64,000 nt of DNA from Candidatus Omnitrophota bacterium (lineage in GTDB: Bacteria; Omnitrophota; Gorgyraeia; Gygaellales; Profunditerraquicolaceae). Every line of letters begins with the position of its first letter. Within the stretch, counting starts at the first letter, position 1. Shown piece after piece: positions 38,518 through 48,522 of the stretch. A program made the translations under genes and the position numbers. Location: contig JAPLLW010000007.1 of the NCBI GenBank assembly GCA_026387355.1, positions 42,198-106,197 of the forward strand, in the 5' to 3' direction. The notes beneath the pieces were generated by a model, which saw only the letters and a list, made by a program, of their open reading frames with translations, was not told where the DNA came from and did not search any database.

Positions 38518-40094
38518 TGCGTTCTTTTATTCTTTTGGTCTTTCAGTAGTTTATATTCTACGCTATCTAATAAAGCCTGCCAGCTAGCTTCAATAATATT
38601 TTCTGAAACACCGATTGTGTTCCAGGAATCAGCTTCATCCTGCGATTGAATTAAAACGCGCACCTTGGCTGCTGTCCCTGTCTTTTCATCTAAAACGCGC
38701 ACTTTAAAATCCGACAAATGCATTTTAGCGAGAGTTGGGTAGAAGTCTTTTAGGGCCTTACGTAGGGCGTTATCCAGGGCATTCACCGGGCCATCTCCCA
38801 TAGCTACTGCATGCTCATTCTTCTTGCCCACCTTTAATTTGATCACTGCTTCCGTAGTAATCTTTTTGTCCGAAAGCTTCTCGATGACTACGCGGAATCC
38901 TTCAAGCTCAAAGAATTTAGCATATTTTTTAAGCGTTCTCCTTAACAGAAGCTCAAATGATGCCTCCGCAGCTTCAAAATGATAACCTTGGTGCTCTAGT
39001 TTTTGTACTAATTGAAGAATCTTTTTAGTTTTAGGATCATTCTTACTTAAATCTAGCTGCATATCTTTGGCGCGGATAAGCATCCCCGTCTTACCCGCTA
39101 ATTCAGAAACCAAGATTCTGCGATTATTGCCGACTAATGTAGGGTCGATATGTTCGTAGGTCTTAGGATTCTTCATAATTGCATTAATATGCATGCCGCC
39201 CTTATGCGCAAAACTGGATGTCCCTACGTAGGGTTGATTAGTGAGCTGTTTCATATTGCTGATTTCGCTAATATAATGCGATACATAAGTCAGCTCTTTT
39301 AATTTCTCATCGGAAATACAATTAATACCCATTTTTAGTTTTAGATTAGCGATAACCGGAATCAAATCCGCGTTTCCGCAGCGCTCACCTATGCCATTGA
39401 TAGTTCCTTGTACCATATCTACGCCTGCTTCAACTGCGGCAAGGGAATTGGCCACCGCTAGGTCAGAGTCGTTATGACAATGAATGCCTAGGTTTACATT
39501 TATCTTAGGTCTAACTTCAGAGATAACTTGGAAGATTTCGGAGGTAAGCGCTCCGCCATTAGTATCGCAAAGACATATTGCTTTAGCGCCGGCACTTTGG
39601 GCGGTGAATAAAGTCTTAAGCGCGTAAACTTTATTTGATTTATAGGCATCAAAGAAGTGTTCGGCATCGTAAAATACAGTCAAGCCTAGAGAGCTAAGGT
39701 AATTGATTGTGTCGCTAATCATGCTAATGTTTTCATCTAAAGTTGTTTTTAGTACATCCTTAACATGTAAATCCCAGGTTTTGCCTACAATAGTAATAAT
39801 TTTAACTTTAGATTTAACCAGCGAACTAATGTTGGGATCAAGTTTTGCCTGAGTGTTTAATCTGCGCGTCATACTAAAAGCAGTAAGTTTTGCATTTTTT
39901 AATGGAGTTTTCGCCATTTTAAGATAAAACTCCATATCTTTAGGATTAGACCCTGGCCAGCCACCCTCAACATAGTGAATACCTAGCAAATCTAGCTCTT
40001 TAGCGATAAGCATCTTATCCGAAACTGAATAAGAGATCCCTTCTCCTTGCGAACCGTCACGCAAAGTGGTATCGTATAATTTTACCTTAGACAT
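38514..40094 (-). CDS. cimA: (R)-citramalate synthase (LeuA family)
   Basis: LYDTTLRDGSQGEG N-terminus. LeuA-dimer C-domain. ~526 aa, typical of CimA. Confidence 0.8.
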   Translation of the reverse strand: MSKVKLYDTTLRDGSQGEGISYSVSDKMLIAKELDLLGIHYVEGGWPGSNPKDMEFYLKMAKTPLKNAKLTAFSMTRRLNTQAKLDPNISSLVKSKVKIITIVGKTWDLHVKDVLKTTLDENISMISDTINYLSSLGLTVFYDAEHFFDAYKSNKVYALKTLFTAQSAGAKAICLCDTNGGALTSEIFQVISEVRPKINVNLGIHCHNDSDLAVANSLAAVEAGVDMVQGTINGIGERCGNADLIPVIANLKLKMGINCISDEKLKELTYVSHYISEISNMKQLTNQPYVGTSSFAHKGGMHINAIMKNPKTYEHIDPTLVGNNRRILVSELAGKTGMLIRAKDMQLDLSKNDPKTKKILQLVQKLEHQGYHFEAAEASFELLLRRTLKKYAKFFELEGFRVVIEKLSDKKITTEAVIKLKVGKKNEHAVAMGDGPVNALDNALRKALKDFYPTLAKMHLSDFKVRVLDEKTGTAAKVRVLIQSQDEADSWNTIGVSENIIEASWQALLDSVEYKLLKDQKNKRTQ

Positions 40095-40104
40095 GAGCTC
40101 CTCT

Positions 40105-41325
40105 CTATTTGCCTAATCCAAACTTATCATGTAAACTCTTTACCGCTGTTTCAGCAAACCTCTTTTGTATTATACAAGAAATGCTTATATCGGAAGTTGA
40201 GATCATCTCAATATTTATTTTGTTAATTGCTAAAACCTCAAACATTTTTGCGGCAACTCCCGGGTGAGACTTCATGCCAACTCCCACAATAGAGACACGC
40301 GCAATATCAGCATCTTCCAAAACTTGGCCCGCTCCGATTTTCTTAGCAACTTTTTTTGTAATCTTTAGAGTTTTAGGCGATGCAGTTTTATTAACCGTAA
40401 AAGAAATATCTGTTTGACGCAGATGGCCTACGTTTTGCACTATCATATCAACGCTAACCCCATTACCGGCTAGTTCTTTAAATATCTTAGCAGCTACTCC
40501 TGGATGGTCCGGAACATCGCATATTGTAATCTTAGATTCTCCTCGATTTAGGGTTATTGCTGAAACAACAACTTCTTCCATTTTTTTAACCTCCTTAATA
40601 ATCATTGTTCCAGTATCTTTTTCAAAACTCGAACGCACATGTATTGGAACGTCAAATTTCTTGGCTACTTCGATGGAGCGTCCTTGCATCACCTGAGCTC
40701 CTAAAGAAGCCATTTCAAGCATTTCATCATAAGTGATTTCGTCAATCTTTTTAGCATTCGGTTCAATTCTAGGATCAGTTGTGTAGATGCCTTTTACATC
40801 AGTATATATCTCGCATTCGTCTGCCTTTAATTCTTTAGCCAAAGCAACTGCAGTTAAATCAGATCCTCCGCGGCCTAAAGTAGTAATATCTTGGTTTAAA
40901 GTAACCCCCTGAAATCCGGCCACGATAACAATCTTACCATTCTTTATCGCCTCTTTTATTTTATCCGCATTAATTTTTATAATTCTTGCGCGCGTATGGC
41001 TTGAATCGGTGATGATTCCAACTTGAGCCCCGGTAAAAGAAATTGCCTCGAAGCCTAACTTGTGTATAGCCATGGCTAGTAGAGCTACAGAGATCTGTTC
41101 TCCCGTAGATAGCAGCATATCCATTTCGCGTTCCGCCGGGTGCTGATTAATTTTAGCTGCTAATTCAATTAATTCATCGGTAGTATCCCCTAGGGCCGAG
41201 ACAACCACTACCAGGTCATGTTTTTTCTTCCTATAGCTAACCACGCGCTTAGCAACATTTTGAATCCGTTCAACATTAGCGACAGAAGAGCCGCCAAACT
41301 TTTGTACAATCAACTTCTTACCCAT
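40105..41325 (-). CDS. lysC: Aspartate kinase
   Basis: KFGGSSV N-terminus. Two C-terminal ACT domains. Confidence 0.9.
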   Translation of the reverse strand: MGKKLIVQKFGGSSVANVERIQNVAKRVVSYRKKKHDLVVVVSALGDTTDELIELAAKINQHPAEREMDMLLSTGEQISVALLAMAIHKLGFEAISFTGAQVGIITDSSHTRARIIKINADKIKEAIKNGKIVIVAGFQGVTLNQDITTLGRGGSDLTAVALAKELKADECEIYTDVKGIYTTDPRIEPNAKKIDEITYDEMLEMASLGAQVMQGRSIEVAKKFDVPIHVRSSFEKDTGTMIIKEVKKMEEVVVSAITLNRGESKITICDVPDHPGVAAKIFKELAGNGVSVDMIVQNVGHLRQTDISFTVNKTASPKTLKITKKVAKKIGAGQVLEDADIARVSIVGVGMKSHPGVAAKMFEVLAINKINIEMISTSDISISCIIQKRFAETAVKSLHDKFGLGK

Positions 41326-41340
41326 TTTTCTTTTCTCTCC

Positions 41341-42543
41341 TTAACTTGCTTCTTTAATAAAATAATCTAACAGCTCATGGCCTCTATCAAAATAAAGATC
41401 GGATTTTAAAGCTTCTTTTTCGCTGTAATTAAGAAAGCCTCTAGCCGTAATTCCCTCTCCTAATATGCCAAAAGGCACAGGATCTGCGACATGGGTTTTA
41501 AGCGCAACCGGGGTTGCATGGTCTGGTAAAACCATAATTCTAAAGTTAGCCTTAAATTTATATGCTTCTAAAATAGTTCCAATTACTAGCTGGTCGAATC
41601 TTTCGATTGCAGTAATCTTTTCTCTTAAGTCACCATTATGTCCTGCTTCATCAGCTGCCTCAACATGCACAAAGACAAAATCGTTAACTTCCAGCGATTT
41701 TAATGCCGCCCTTGCTTTACCTTCGTAATCCGTATCGTAATAACCGGTTGCGCCAGGCACATTAATAACTTTTAATCCGATAAGCTTTCCTAACCCTTTT
41801 ATAAGATCTACTGCAGAGATTACACTGCCGCTTAAGTTATATTTATCCGTAAACTTTGGCATATCTGGTTTTCTGCCTTGTCCCCAGAGCCAGATCATAT
41901 TCGCTGGGTTTTCTTTTAGATCAATGCGTACTAAATTTATTTCATGTCTTCCCAAGATATTACGGGATTCTTCCAATAGTTTAATTAGTAGCGCTGACCC
42001 GTCACCTTTAGGGAGATTCTTAGAAATACTCTGTCCGCTTATATCGTGAGGCGGCGTGCAGCGCGCGCGATCAAGCAACTCCTCAGTACCCCTTTTAGCT
42101 ACCATTAAGTGCCGATAGCTTATTCCGGGATAAAACTTGATTTTGTTTGTCCCTAATTTCTCATCAAGGAACTTAATTAAAATTGATGCTTCCTTTGTGC
42201 TGATATGTCCGGCGCTGTAATCCGTAAGAGTATCCTGGGCGGTTGTGATGAGATTACAGCGAAAAGCTACATCATCATCTTCAAGTTTAACGCCCAGATT
42301 CGCTGCTTCTAGCGGACCTCTCCCAGTGTAATATTTTTTAGGATCATACCCGAGTATTGATATTTGCGCAACATCAGATCCAGGGGTAAATCCTAAAGGT
42401 ATGGTTCGAGCCCTACCTAATCTACCGTGTTTAGCAATAAAATCCATATTGGGAGTTTTTGCTACCTCTATAGGTGTGCGATCGCCAAGTTCTGCTATAG
42501 GGTAGTCACTCATTCCATCACAAACTAAAACAAGGTATTTCAT
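41341..42543 (-). CDS. apgM: Cofactor-independent phosphoglycerate mutase, archaeal type
   Basis: YLVLVCDGMSDYP N-terminus and the aPGM family layout. Confidence 0.85.
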   Translation of the reverse strand: MKYLVLVCDGMSDYPIAELGDRTPIEVAKTPNMDFIAKHGRLGRARTIPLGFTPGSDVAQISILGYDPKKYYTGRGPLEAANLGVKLEDDDVAFRCNLITTAQDTLTDYSAGHISTKEASILIKFLDEKLGTNKIKFYPGISYRHLMVAKRGTEELLDRARCTPPHDISGQSISKNLPKGDGSALLIKLLEESRNILGRHEINLVRIDLKENPANMIWLWGQGRKPDMPKFTDKYNLSGSVISAVDLIKGLGKLIGLKVINVPGATGYYDTDYEGKARAALKSLEVNDFVFVHVEAADEAGHNGDLREKITAIERFDQLVIGTILEAYKFKANFRIMVLPDHATPVALKTHVADPVPFGILGEGITARGFLNYSEKEALKSDLYFDRGHELLDYFIKEAS

Positions 42544-42552
42544 ATTATTTTA

Positions 42553-43140
42553 TTAAAATTTTACCTCTGGTACAATTTTAGCCTTATCCTCTGTTTTAAA
42601 ATAAGCAGTTGCTACTTTGTAGTTAAAGATGCCTGCGATTATGTTCCCCGGGAAAGTGCGCACAGTAATGTTGTAGTCTTGAACAGCTTCGTTATAGCGC
42701 ATCCTTTCAACCGCTATGCGGTTTTCTGTTCCAGATAATTCATCCATCAGCTTTAAGAACGTTTGGTCCGCTTTAAGATTAGGATAGTTTTCAGCTACAA
42801 AAAGCAATCTGCTTAAAGCTGCATCTAGTTGTCCTGCTGCCTTGACCTTTTCATCAATTGTGCCTGCTTTTGCCCATTGAGAGCGGGCATTGGTTACATT
42901 CTCAAAAACTGTTTTTTCGTGACTAGCATAACCTTTGACTGAGTTTACAAGATTAGGGATTAGGTCGTTACGTCTCTGCAACTGGTTTTCTATCTGAGCC
43001 CATTTTGCGGTAATCACCTCATGTTTTGTTACTATGCCGTTATACGTTCCAATAATAGAAAAAATAACTATAACTGCTACAATAATTAAACCAGTTAAAA
43101 CCTTCTTCATTTTATTCCTCCCTTTCTGTAGTTTAAGCAA
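42553..43140 (-). CDS. lemA: LemA family protein
   Basis: N-terminal TM plus the LemA core (AKWAQIENQLQRRNDLIPNLV). Confidence 0.85.
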   Translation of the reverse strand: MLKLQKGRNKMKKVLTGLIIVAVIVIFSIIGTYNGIVTKHEVITAKWAQIENQLQRRNDLIPNLVNSVKGYASHEKTVFENVTNARSQWAKAGTIDEKVKAAGQLDAALSRLLFVAENYPNLKADQTFLKLMDELSGTENRIAVERMRYNEAVQDYNITVRTFPGNIIAGIFNYKVATAYFKTEDKAKIVPEVKF

Positions 43141-43223
43141 TTCATTGCCGAAACTATAAGTTCGGACATATAACTTATGTTCGTTCTACCTTACGGTGAG
43201 TACTCCATAAGTCATGTCCTCAC

Positions 43224-44126
43224 TTAGAAACCTCCGCCGCCTCCGCCGCCACCGCCGCCTCCGCCGCCAAATCCGCCGCCACCACCCCCAAAACTGCCAC
43301 CCCCAAATCCACCTGAACTTCCTCCGGAATAGTTTTTACCACTACCTAAAACCATTAAACCTAAAAGAATCCATTTCCAAAAGCTTTTTCTAGTTGTTTT
43401 AGGAGTGCTTCTCCATATGAAGTATCTTAATATAATTGCTCCAAGATAACCAATTAAAGGGAAAAGCCCCATAATTGGTGATGCCTGGGCAAACCCGGCA
43501 GCAAAGAGTAAGGTTGCCGGTAATCCAATAAAAATAGGCCAGGGTATATTCCATAAGAAAAAGAAACCTAAAACAAAAATTGCTCCCGTAAATTTACTAA
43601 AGTTATTACCGAACTTTGCCAGGCTAGTATTGCTATTTTCGCTTGGCGAAGATTTATCTCCAGAGAGCCTTTCGGCAACTTTTGAAACTCCTATATAGAG
43701 GCCTTGCGAATAGTCGCCGCTTTTAAAATACGGGACCATATAATTGCGGCCAATTTCTCCGCATAAGCCATCAGGTAAAACCCCCTCTACGCCGTATCCT
43801 GTTTCAATACGCCAGCGTCTTTCTTTCACGGCCAAAAGGATTAATACTCCGTTATCCTTTCCTTTCTTTCCGGGCTTCCATTTATCAAAGAGCATGCGGG
43901 CGTAATCTGTTTCGCTATACGGTGCAATCGAACTTACCGTAACAACCGCAATTTCCGATGTAGTCTTTTGTTCTAAATCCTGTATAAGAGCGTTTATCTT
44001 TTCCTTGTATTTCTGGGTAATTACTCCGGCAAAATCATTAACCCATCCGGAAGGCTCAGGTATATTTTGCGCAAAAGCTAGTAAAGGTAAAAACAAAAAT
44101 AAGGTAGCTACGCAAAATCTACGCAT
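43224..44126 (-). CDS. TPM-domain protein with TM segment and Gly-rich C-terminal tail
   Basis: Signal peptide, TPM phosphatase-like domain, TM region, then a (G)n tail encoded by a GCC/GGC simple repeat (43227-43300). Confidence 0.75.
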   Translation of the reverse strand: MRRFCVATLFLFLPLLAFAQNIPEPSGWVNDFAGVITQKYKEKINALIQDLEQKTTSEIAVVTVSSIAPYSETDYARMLFDKWKPGKKGKDNGVLILLAVKERRWRIETGYGVEGVLPDGLCGEIGRNYMVPYFKSGDYSQGLYIGVSKVAERLSGDKSSPSENSNTSLAKFGNNFSKFTGAIFVLGFFFLWNIPWPIFIGLPATLLFAAGFAQASPIMGLFPLIGYLGAIILRYFIWRSTPKTTRKSFWKWILLGLMVLGSGKNYSGGSSGGFGGGSFGGGGGGFGGGGGGGGGGGGGF

Positions 44127-44130
44127 GCAA

Positions 44131-44853
44131 TTATAGCTTATCCACGTAATCGACTAATTTCTGAAGCTCATTTGTAAAGCTTATAAAGTTACTCTCTATA
44201 TCTGAATTTCGTAGCCTAGTCTTTTTATTTTTGGCAGAGAGTAGTTCTCTCCACAGATTAATGTCGATTATAAATACTTCCGACAATCCGTTTATGACTA
44301 GCTCTTTTTTATATACTAACGGCTTTTCTTTTAAGCGTAAAATGTTTTTCGAGATATGCAATACCGAAGTAAATGTTTTCAGCAATGCTTGTAATAAGGC
44401 AGGTTTATCAATATGGTTTCTTAAATAGAATTGGCGGAGGCCGATGAGTTTTATCTTTAACTCCTGCTCGCATTGGAAGCGCAAGTTTTTTATATCAATA
44501 CGTAATTCTTTTAATACGTCTTTACCATAGATTAGTAGGTAGTTCTCTTGCATATCTAAGAATTCAATCGGAAATATATCGACTGAACTAGTTATGTAGG
44601 CTTGCGTTAAGAATAATGGCTGAAATAGTGGAAACTTTTCAGTAAGTTTTGAGATTCTCTTAAGATTCTGCAAGTCAGTATTCTTTAAAACGATCAAAAA
44701 GTTTACATCCGAATGGTTATCCACAAATTCATTGCTTACAGCGCTACCATATATGCTTATTGAAACTAAATCTTCTTGCAATGTGGATTTTAATTTATCA
44801 ACAAATAAATTAATATGCTGCTTAATTTTATCAGGAACGTTAATTTCTAGCAT
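44131..44853 (-). CDS. Nucleotidyltransferase (Pol-beta superfamily) fused to a helical HEPN-like domain
   Basis: GS…DhD motif (IYGSAVSNEFVDNHSDVNFLIV). Helical C-terminal half with an Rx6H-like LRQFYLRNH. Confidence 0.5.
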   Translation of the reverse strand: MLEINVPDKIKQHINLFVDKLKSTLQEDLVSISIYGSAVSNEFVDNHSDVNFLIVLKNTDLQNLKRISKLTEKFPLFQPLFLTQAYITSSVDIFPIEFLDMQENYLLIYGKDVLKELRIDIKNLRFQCEQELKIKLIGLRQFYLRNHIDKPALLQALLKTFTSVLHISKNILRLKEKPLVYKKELVINGLSEVFIIDINLWRELLSAKNKKTRLRNSDIESNFISFTNELQKLVDYVDKL

Positions 44854-45491
44854 GCTCTTTCTCCCGCTAATTTTATTAAGTTGGCTACTAGCGCTTTCTT
44901 AGATGTAAGTGGACCGCTACTATCAATAGAACTAACTAGATAAGCAAAGTATTTATTTTTAGAGACGGTGTTTGCTACAACTAAATTCAATTTAGCCTTT
45001 TTAATAAGAAGCTTAGCTTTTTTTATTAGCTGCTCATCTTTAAAATCCGGCTCAAATTTAAATCCCACTAAAAAAGCAGCCGCATTCTTCTTTCGCAAAG
45101 ATTCAATTAATTTCGGAGTTCGCTTAAGCACTAACTTCATCTGTTTTGAATTAGAGTTAAGTTTAGTTTTACTAATAAATTCTGGCCTATAATCTGAAAC
45201 CGCAGCAGAATGAATTATGATATCGTATTTTTTCTTAAGCAGCCTGCTTAGTAATAAACTTAGCTCGTCAAAGAACTCAAAGCGAATAATCTTAACGCTA
45301 CTTTCTACATTGCCTACTAGTGCAGAGCCCAATAAAAGTGTCACCTTAGCTTTTAGTTTGGCAAAGCTATTGGCTAATAAAATACCAGTTTCACCGGTTG
45401 CGCAATTAGTGATCACCCTTACACTATCAATAGGAACAGCTGTGGGCCCGGCGGTGATTAAAACTTTTTTATTTTTTAGGTCAATAGCCAA
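44847..45491 (-). CDS. coaB: Phosphopantothenate--cysteine ligase (monofunctional CoaB)
   Basis: [25 protein letters not shown] resembles the CoaB ITAGPT…SG motif. No fused CoaC. Confidence 0.7.
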   Translation of the reverse strand: MAIDLKNKKVLITAGPTAVPIDSVRVITNCATGETGILLANSFAKLKAKVTLLLGSALVGNVESSVKIIRFEFFDELSLLLSRLLKKKYDIIIHSAAVSDYRPEFISKTKLNSNSKQMKLVLKRTPKLIESLRKKNAAAFLVGFKFEPDFKDEQLIKKAKLLIKKAKLNLVVANTVSKNKYFAYLVSSIDSSGPLTSKKALVANLIKLAGERAC

Positions 45492-46542
45492 TCGTTTTTA
45501 AGATTTCTTTTATATCAGGTTTAACTGTTTTAGGCTCTTTTATACTCTTTATTGCTCTATCCGGGTCTTTTAAGCCATGGCCGGTTAATATGCAAACTAA
45601 TTTAGCCTTAGCTTTAGCTTTAAAGTATCCTTGTGTGTTAAGTTTAAGTAGGCCTGCGATAGATGCAGCAGAAGCAGGTTCAACAAATACTCCGTCATGT
45701 GAAGCAAGTAGTTTATAGGCCTCCAAGATCTCTGTATCCGAAACCATATCAATTAAACCTTTTGATTCATCACGTGCCTTTTCAGCTAGGGTCCAACTCG
45801 CCGGGTTCCCTATGCGAATCGCAGTTGCGATTGTCTCCGGGTTTTTAATAGGGTGACCTCTTACAATGGGTGCCGAGCCCTCTGCTTGGAAACCAAGCAT
45901 TTTAGGTAACGTATTAGACTTACCTTCCTTTTTGTATTCTTTATAGCCTTTCCAATAAGCAGTAATATTTCCGGCATTACCCACGGGCATAATTTGAAAA
46001 TCGGGTGCGTCCCCTAGAAAATCGCAAATTTCAAAACTGCTCGTTTTTTGTCCTTCAATCCTGTAAGGGTTAAGAGAATTTACCAATGTAATCGGGTATT
46101 TCGCAGTGATCTCTTTTGCTAGTTCCAGGGCATCATCAAAGTTTCCTTCTACGGCTAAAACTATTGCTCCGTGAATAAGCGCCTGGCTTAATTTACCTAA
46201 AGCAATTGCGCCACTTGGTATAAGCACTATGCATTTTATCCCTGCGCGCGCGGCATATGCAGCTGCCGAGGCAGAAGTATTTCCGGTTGAGGCGCAGAGA
46301 ACTGCATTCGAACCGTCTTCACAAGCTTTAGATATGGCCAAAGTCATCCCTCTATCCTTAAATGACCCGGTTGGATTCAACCCTTCGTATTTTAAGTAAA
46401 CTTCGGATTTATTGCCTACAAGCTTGCTTAGGTGAGCAGAATAAATCAGAGGGGTATTGCCTTCATTTAAGGTTATAACCGGAGTCTTCTTGGTAACGGG
46501 AAGATATTTTTTGTACTTGTTAATTATTCCTTCGTATCTCAC
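45481..46542 (-). CDS. thrC: Threonine synthase
   Basis: PLP lysine motif [10 protein letters not shown]. Confidence 0.9.
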   Translation of the reverse strand: MRYEGIINKYKKYLPVTKKTPVITLNEGNTPLIYSAHLSKLVGNKSEVYLKYEGLNPTGSFKDRGMTLAISKACEDGSNAVLCASTGNTSASAAAYAARAGIKCIVLIPSGAIALGKLSQALIHGAIVLAVEGNFDDALELAKEITAKYPITLVNSLNPYRIEGQKTSSFEICDFLGDAPDFQIMPVGNAGNITAYWKGYKEYKKEGKSNTLPKMLGFQAEGSAPIVRGHPIKNPETIATAIRIGNPASWTLAEKARDESKGLIDMVSDTEILEAYKLLASHDGVFVEPASAASIAGLLKLNTQGYFKAKAKAKLVCILTGHGLKDPDRAIKSIKEPKTVKPDIKEILKTIGY

Positions 46543-47834
46543 ACTTCCTCCATCCTGATCGCAACCGATTTTTCTTTTATCGCACTTAAGTGGTTAATGC
46601 TATTCAGGGCTAAGCGTAGTTCTTTTTCTCTGGCCTCGTGTATGACCATAACTATCGGAACAAGTTGGGTTTTGCTTCTTTGTTTCTGAGTAACTGAGGC
46701 AATGCTAATCTTGTATTTAGCAAGTATTCCGGAAATCTTTGCTAATACCCCGGGCTCATCCAAAGCCATGAAGCGAATGTAATAACGGCTTTCGAAGTCA
46801 TCTATCTTACGTAACTTATTAATTGTCTTATCCAAAACTATATTTAAAGTGGGTCTGAAGAACCCAGCCTTTATGTCTTGAGTTAAATCAACTAAATCCG
46901 AGACTACTGCTGAGGCGGCAGATGTCTGTCCAGCCCCTGGTCCGTAAAATAATAAATTTCCCGCTAAATCGCTTGAAACGTAAATAGCGTTGAATACCCC
47001 GTCTACAGAAGCCAAAAGGTGGTCCTCTGGAACTAGCGTTGGATGTACCCTAACCTCCAAGTCGCTTTCTTCCTTTTTTGCGATAGCCAACAATTTAATT
47101 TCAAAACCTAGTTCTTTTGCGTAATTAACGTCTGCTGAGGAAATACGAGAAATTCCTTCAACGAAAACTTCTTTTAAATTTATAAATTTACCGAATGTTA
47201 AATAAGTAAGCAAAATCAGTTTATGCGCGGAATCCATGCCTTCTATATCTAAGGTAGGATCTTTTTCTGCAAAGCCTTTGGCCTTAGCCTCTTTAAGCGC
47301 TTCTTCAAAGCTGCAGTTATTTCTAGACATTGATGAGAGTATGTAGTTAGATGTCCCGTTTACAATACCGAAGATGCTATTGAATCTGTTAGCAACTAAT
47401 CCTTCGCGTAAAGATTTAATAATCGGTATCCCGGCACCTACAGATGCCTCAAAATAAATATTTTTGGAACGATCAGAGGCCTCTGCAAATAATTCTTGGC
47501 CGTGTAGGGCAAGAAGCGCCTTATTCGCTGTAACTACGTTTTTGCCCTTCCTCAGGGCCTCAAGAATTAATTCTTTGGCCGGATGTATGCCTCCGATTAA
47601 CTCCACTAGAATATCGATCTTGGGGTCATTAATGACTTCTTTTGCATCGCGGGTAAGTAGATCTTTATCCAGGCTAACATTTCGTTTTGAAGTGATATCC
47701 TGGTCGCAAACCTTCTTGACGGCTATGTCAATGCCGATCTTCTCAATAAGTAAAGCTTTTCTTTCCCGGAGAATCTTTATTACACCTACGCCGACATTTC
47801 CAAAACCGATTAAACCTACATTAATCTTCTTCAT
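46539..47834 (-). CDS. hom: Homoserine dehydrogenase
   Basis: N-terminal Rossmann ([10 protein letters not shown]), catalytic domain, C-terminal ACT. Confidence 0.9.
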   Translation of the reverse strand: MKKINVGLIGFGNVGVGVIKILRERKALLIEKIGIDIAVKKVCDQDITSKRNVSLDKDLLTRDAKEVINDPKIDILVELIGGIHPAKELILEALRKGKNVVTANKALLALHGQELFAEASDRSKNIYFEASVGAGIPIIKSLREGLVANRFNSIFGIVNGTSNYILSSMSRNNCSFEEALKEAKAKGFAEKDPTLDIEGMDSAHKLILLTYLTFGKFINLKEVFVEGISRISSADVNYAKELGFEIKLLAIAKKEESDLEVRVHPTLVPEDHLLASVDGVFNAIYVSSDLAGNLLFYGPGAGQTSAASAVVSDLVDLTQDIKAGFFRPTLNIVLDKTINKLRKIDDFESRYYIRFMALDEPGVLAKISGILAKYKISIASVTQKQRSKTQLVPIVMVIHEAREKELRLALNSINHLSAIKEKSVAIRMEEV

Positions 47835-47836
47835 GA

Positions 47837-48196
47837 CTATTCCTTTTCCTTCTTTAAGTAATATTCTACGGTTTCACCGATAACTTTTCTGTGTCTTTCG
47901 TCAACCGCCAAAAATTCCATGCGTGTATCGTAAATCATATCTTTCATTATTTCGCGCGAATCTATAACTTTGCCAATAAGCATAATAGGGTGCGGATCAA
48001 AGGGGAGCCTAATTTCAAGAGCAAGGTTAGTCCCGGAGTTAAACTTTCTATTGGTAGTTAGGAGCATGCCGCCTAATGAAATGTTTTTAGTTTGGGTTAT
48101 ATCAACATTGTTAATTTCATCCATTATGCGGTACGAAACAATGAAGCGCCCCATAATTCTTGGGTGTTTCCTTCTTTCTTGTCCAGTAAAACTCAT
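47837..48196 (-). CDS. PilZ-domain protein
   Basis: RKHPRIMGR…NISLGGMLL (RxxxR and D/NxSxxG c-di-GMP motifs). Confidence 0.7.
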   Translation of the reverse strand: MSFTGQERRKHPRIMGRFIVSYRIMDEINNVDITQTKNISLGGMLLTTNRKFNSGTNLALEIRLPFDPHPIMLIGKVIDSREIMKDMIYDTRMEFLAVDERHRKVIGETVEYYLKKEKE

Positions 48197-48218
48197 TTTT
48201 TCACCTCCATTTTTTTAT

Positions 48219-48237
48219 GTCGGGGCGGACAGATTTG
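48219..48237. repeat. 19-nt direct repeat of the tRNA-Pro 3' end (att-like)
   Basis: GTCGGGGCGGACAGATTTG at 48219-48237 is identical to 48362-48380, which spans the 3' acceptor/T-stem of tRNA-Pro. The copies are separated by 124 bp. Confidence 0.6.
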
Positions 48238-48362
48238 TCCACCTTCGCGCTATAATAGACTTTGCTGTTAGCTTTGATGCGCTACGGTGGATTCTCCGAA
48301 GCCCGCCAAAGCTATTAGAAATCTATTAAAGGGCGCAGGAGAAAACTGTCACCCATTTCAAG

Positions 48363-48437
48363 TCGGGGCGGACAGATTTGAACTGTCGACCTCTTGAACC
48401 CCATTCAAGCGCTCTAGCCAAACTGAGCCACGCCCCG
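48363..48437 (-). tRNA. tRNA-Pro (anticodon GGG)
   Basis: Acceptor CGGGGCG/CGCCCCG. Anticodon stem CTTGA/TCAAG with loop ATGGGGT (G37). T-arm GACAG-TTCAAAT-CTGTC. Discriminator A. Confidence 0.85.
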
Positions 48438-48522
48438 TAAATCTTTTTAATCGCGTGGCGAATCCGCCAAGCTTTATGGCGGAGAACCACGCCCCCACTA
48501 CATCCCGTATTTATCTAATGTA

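Noticed and set aside
48219-48310. Second tRNA or tRNA pseudogene downstream of tRNA-Pro
   Set aside because: Only the last 19 nt match tRNA-Pro. No acceptor 5' strand or anticodon arm can be formed. Treated as an att-like repeat instead.
47970-48329. 119-aa plus-strand ORF
   Set aside because: Overlaps the PilZ gene start and the tRNA-linked repeat region. No SD or domain support.
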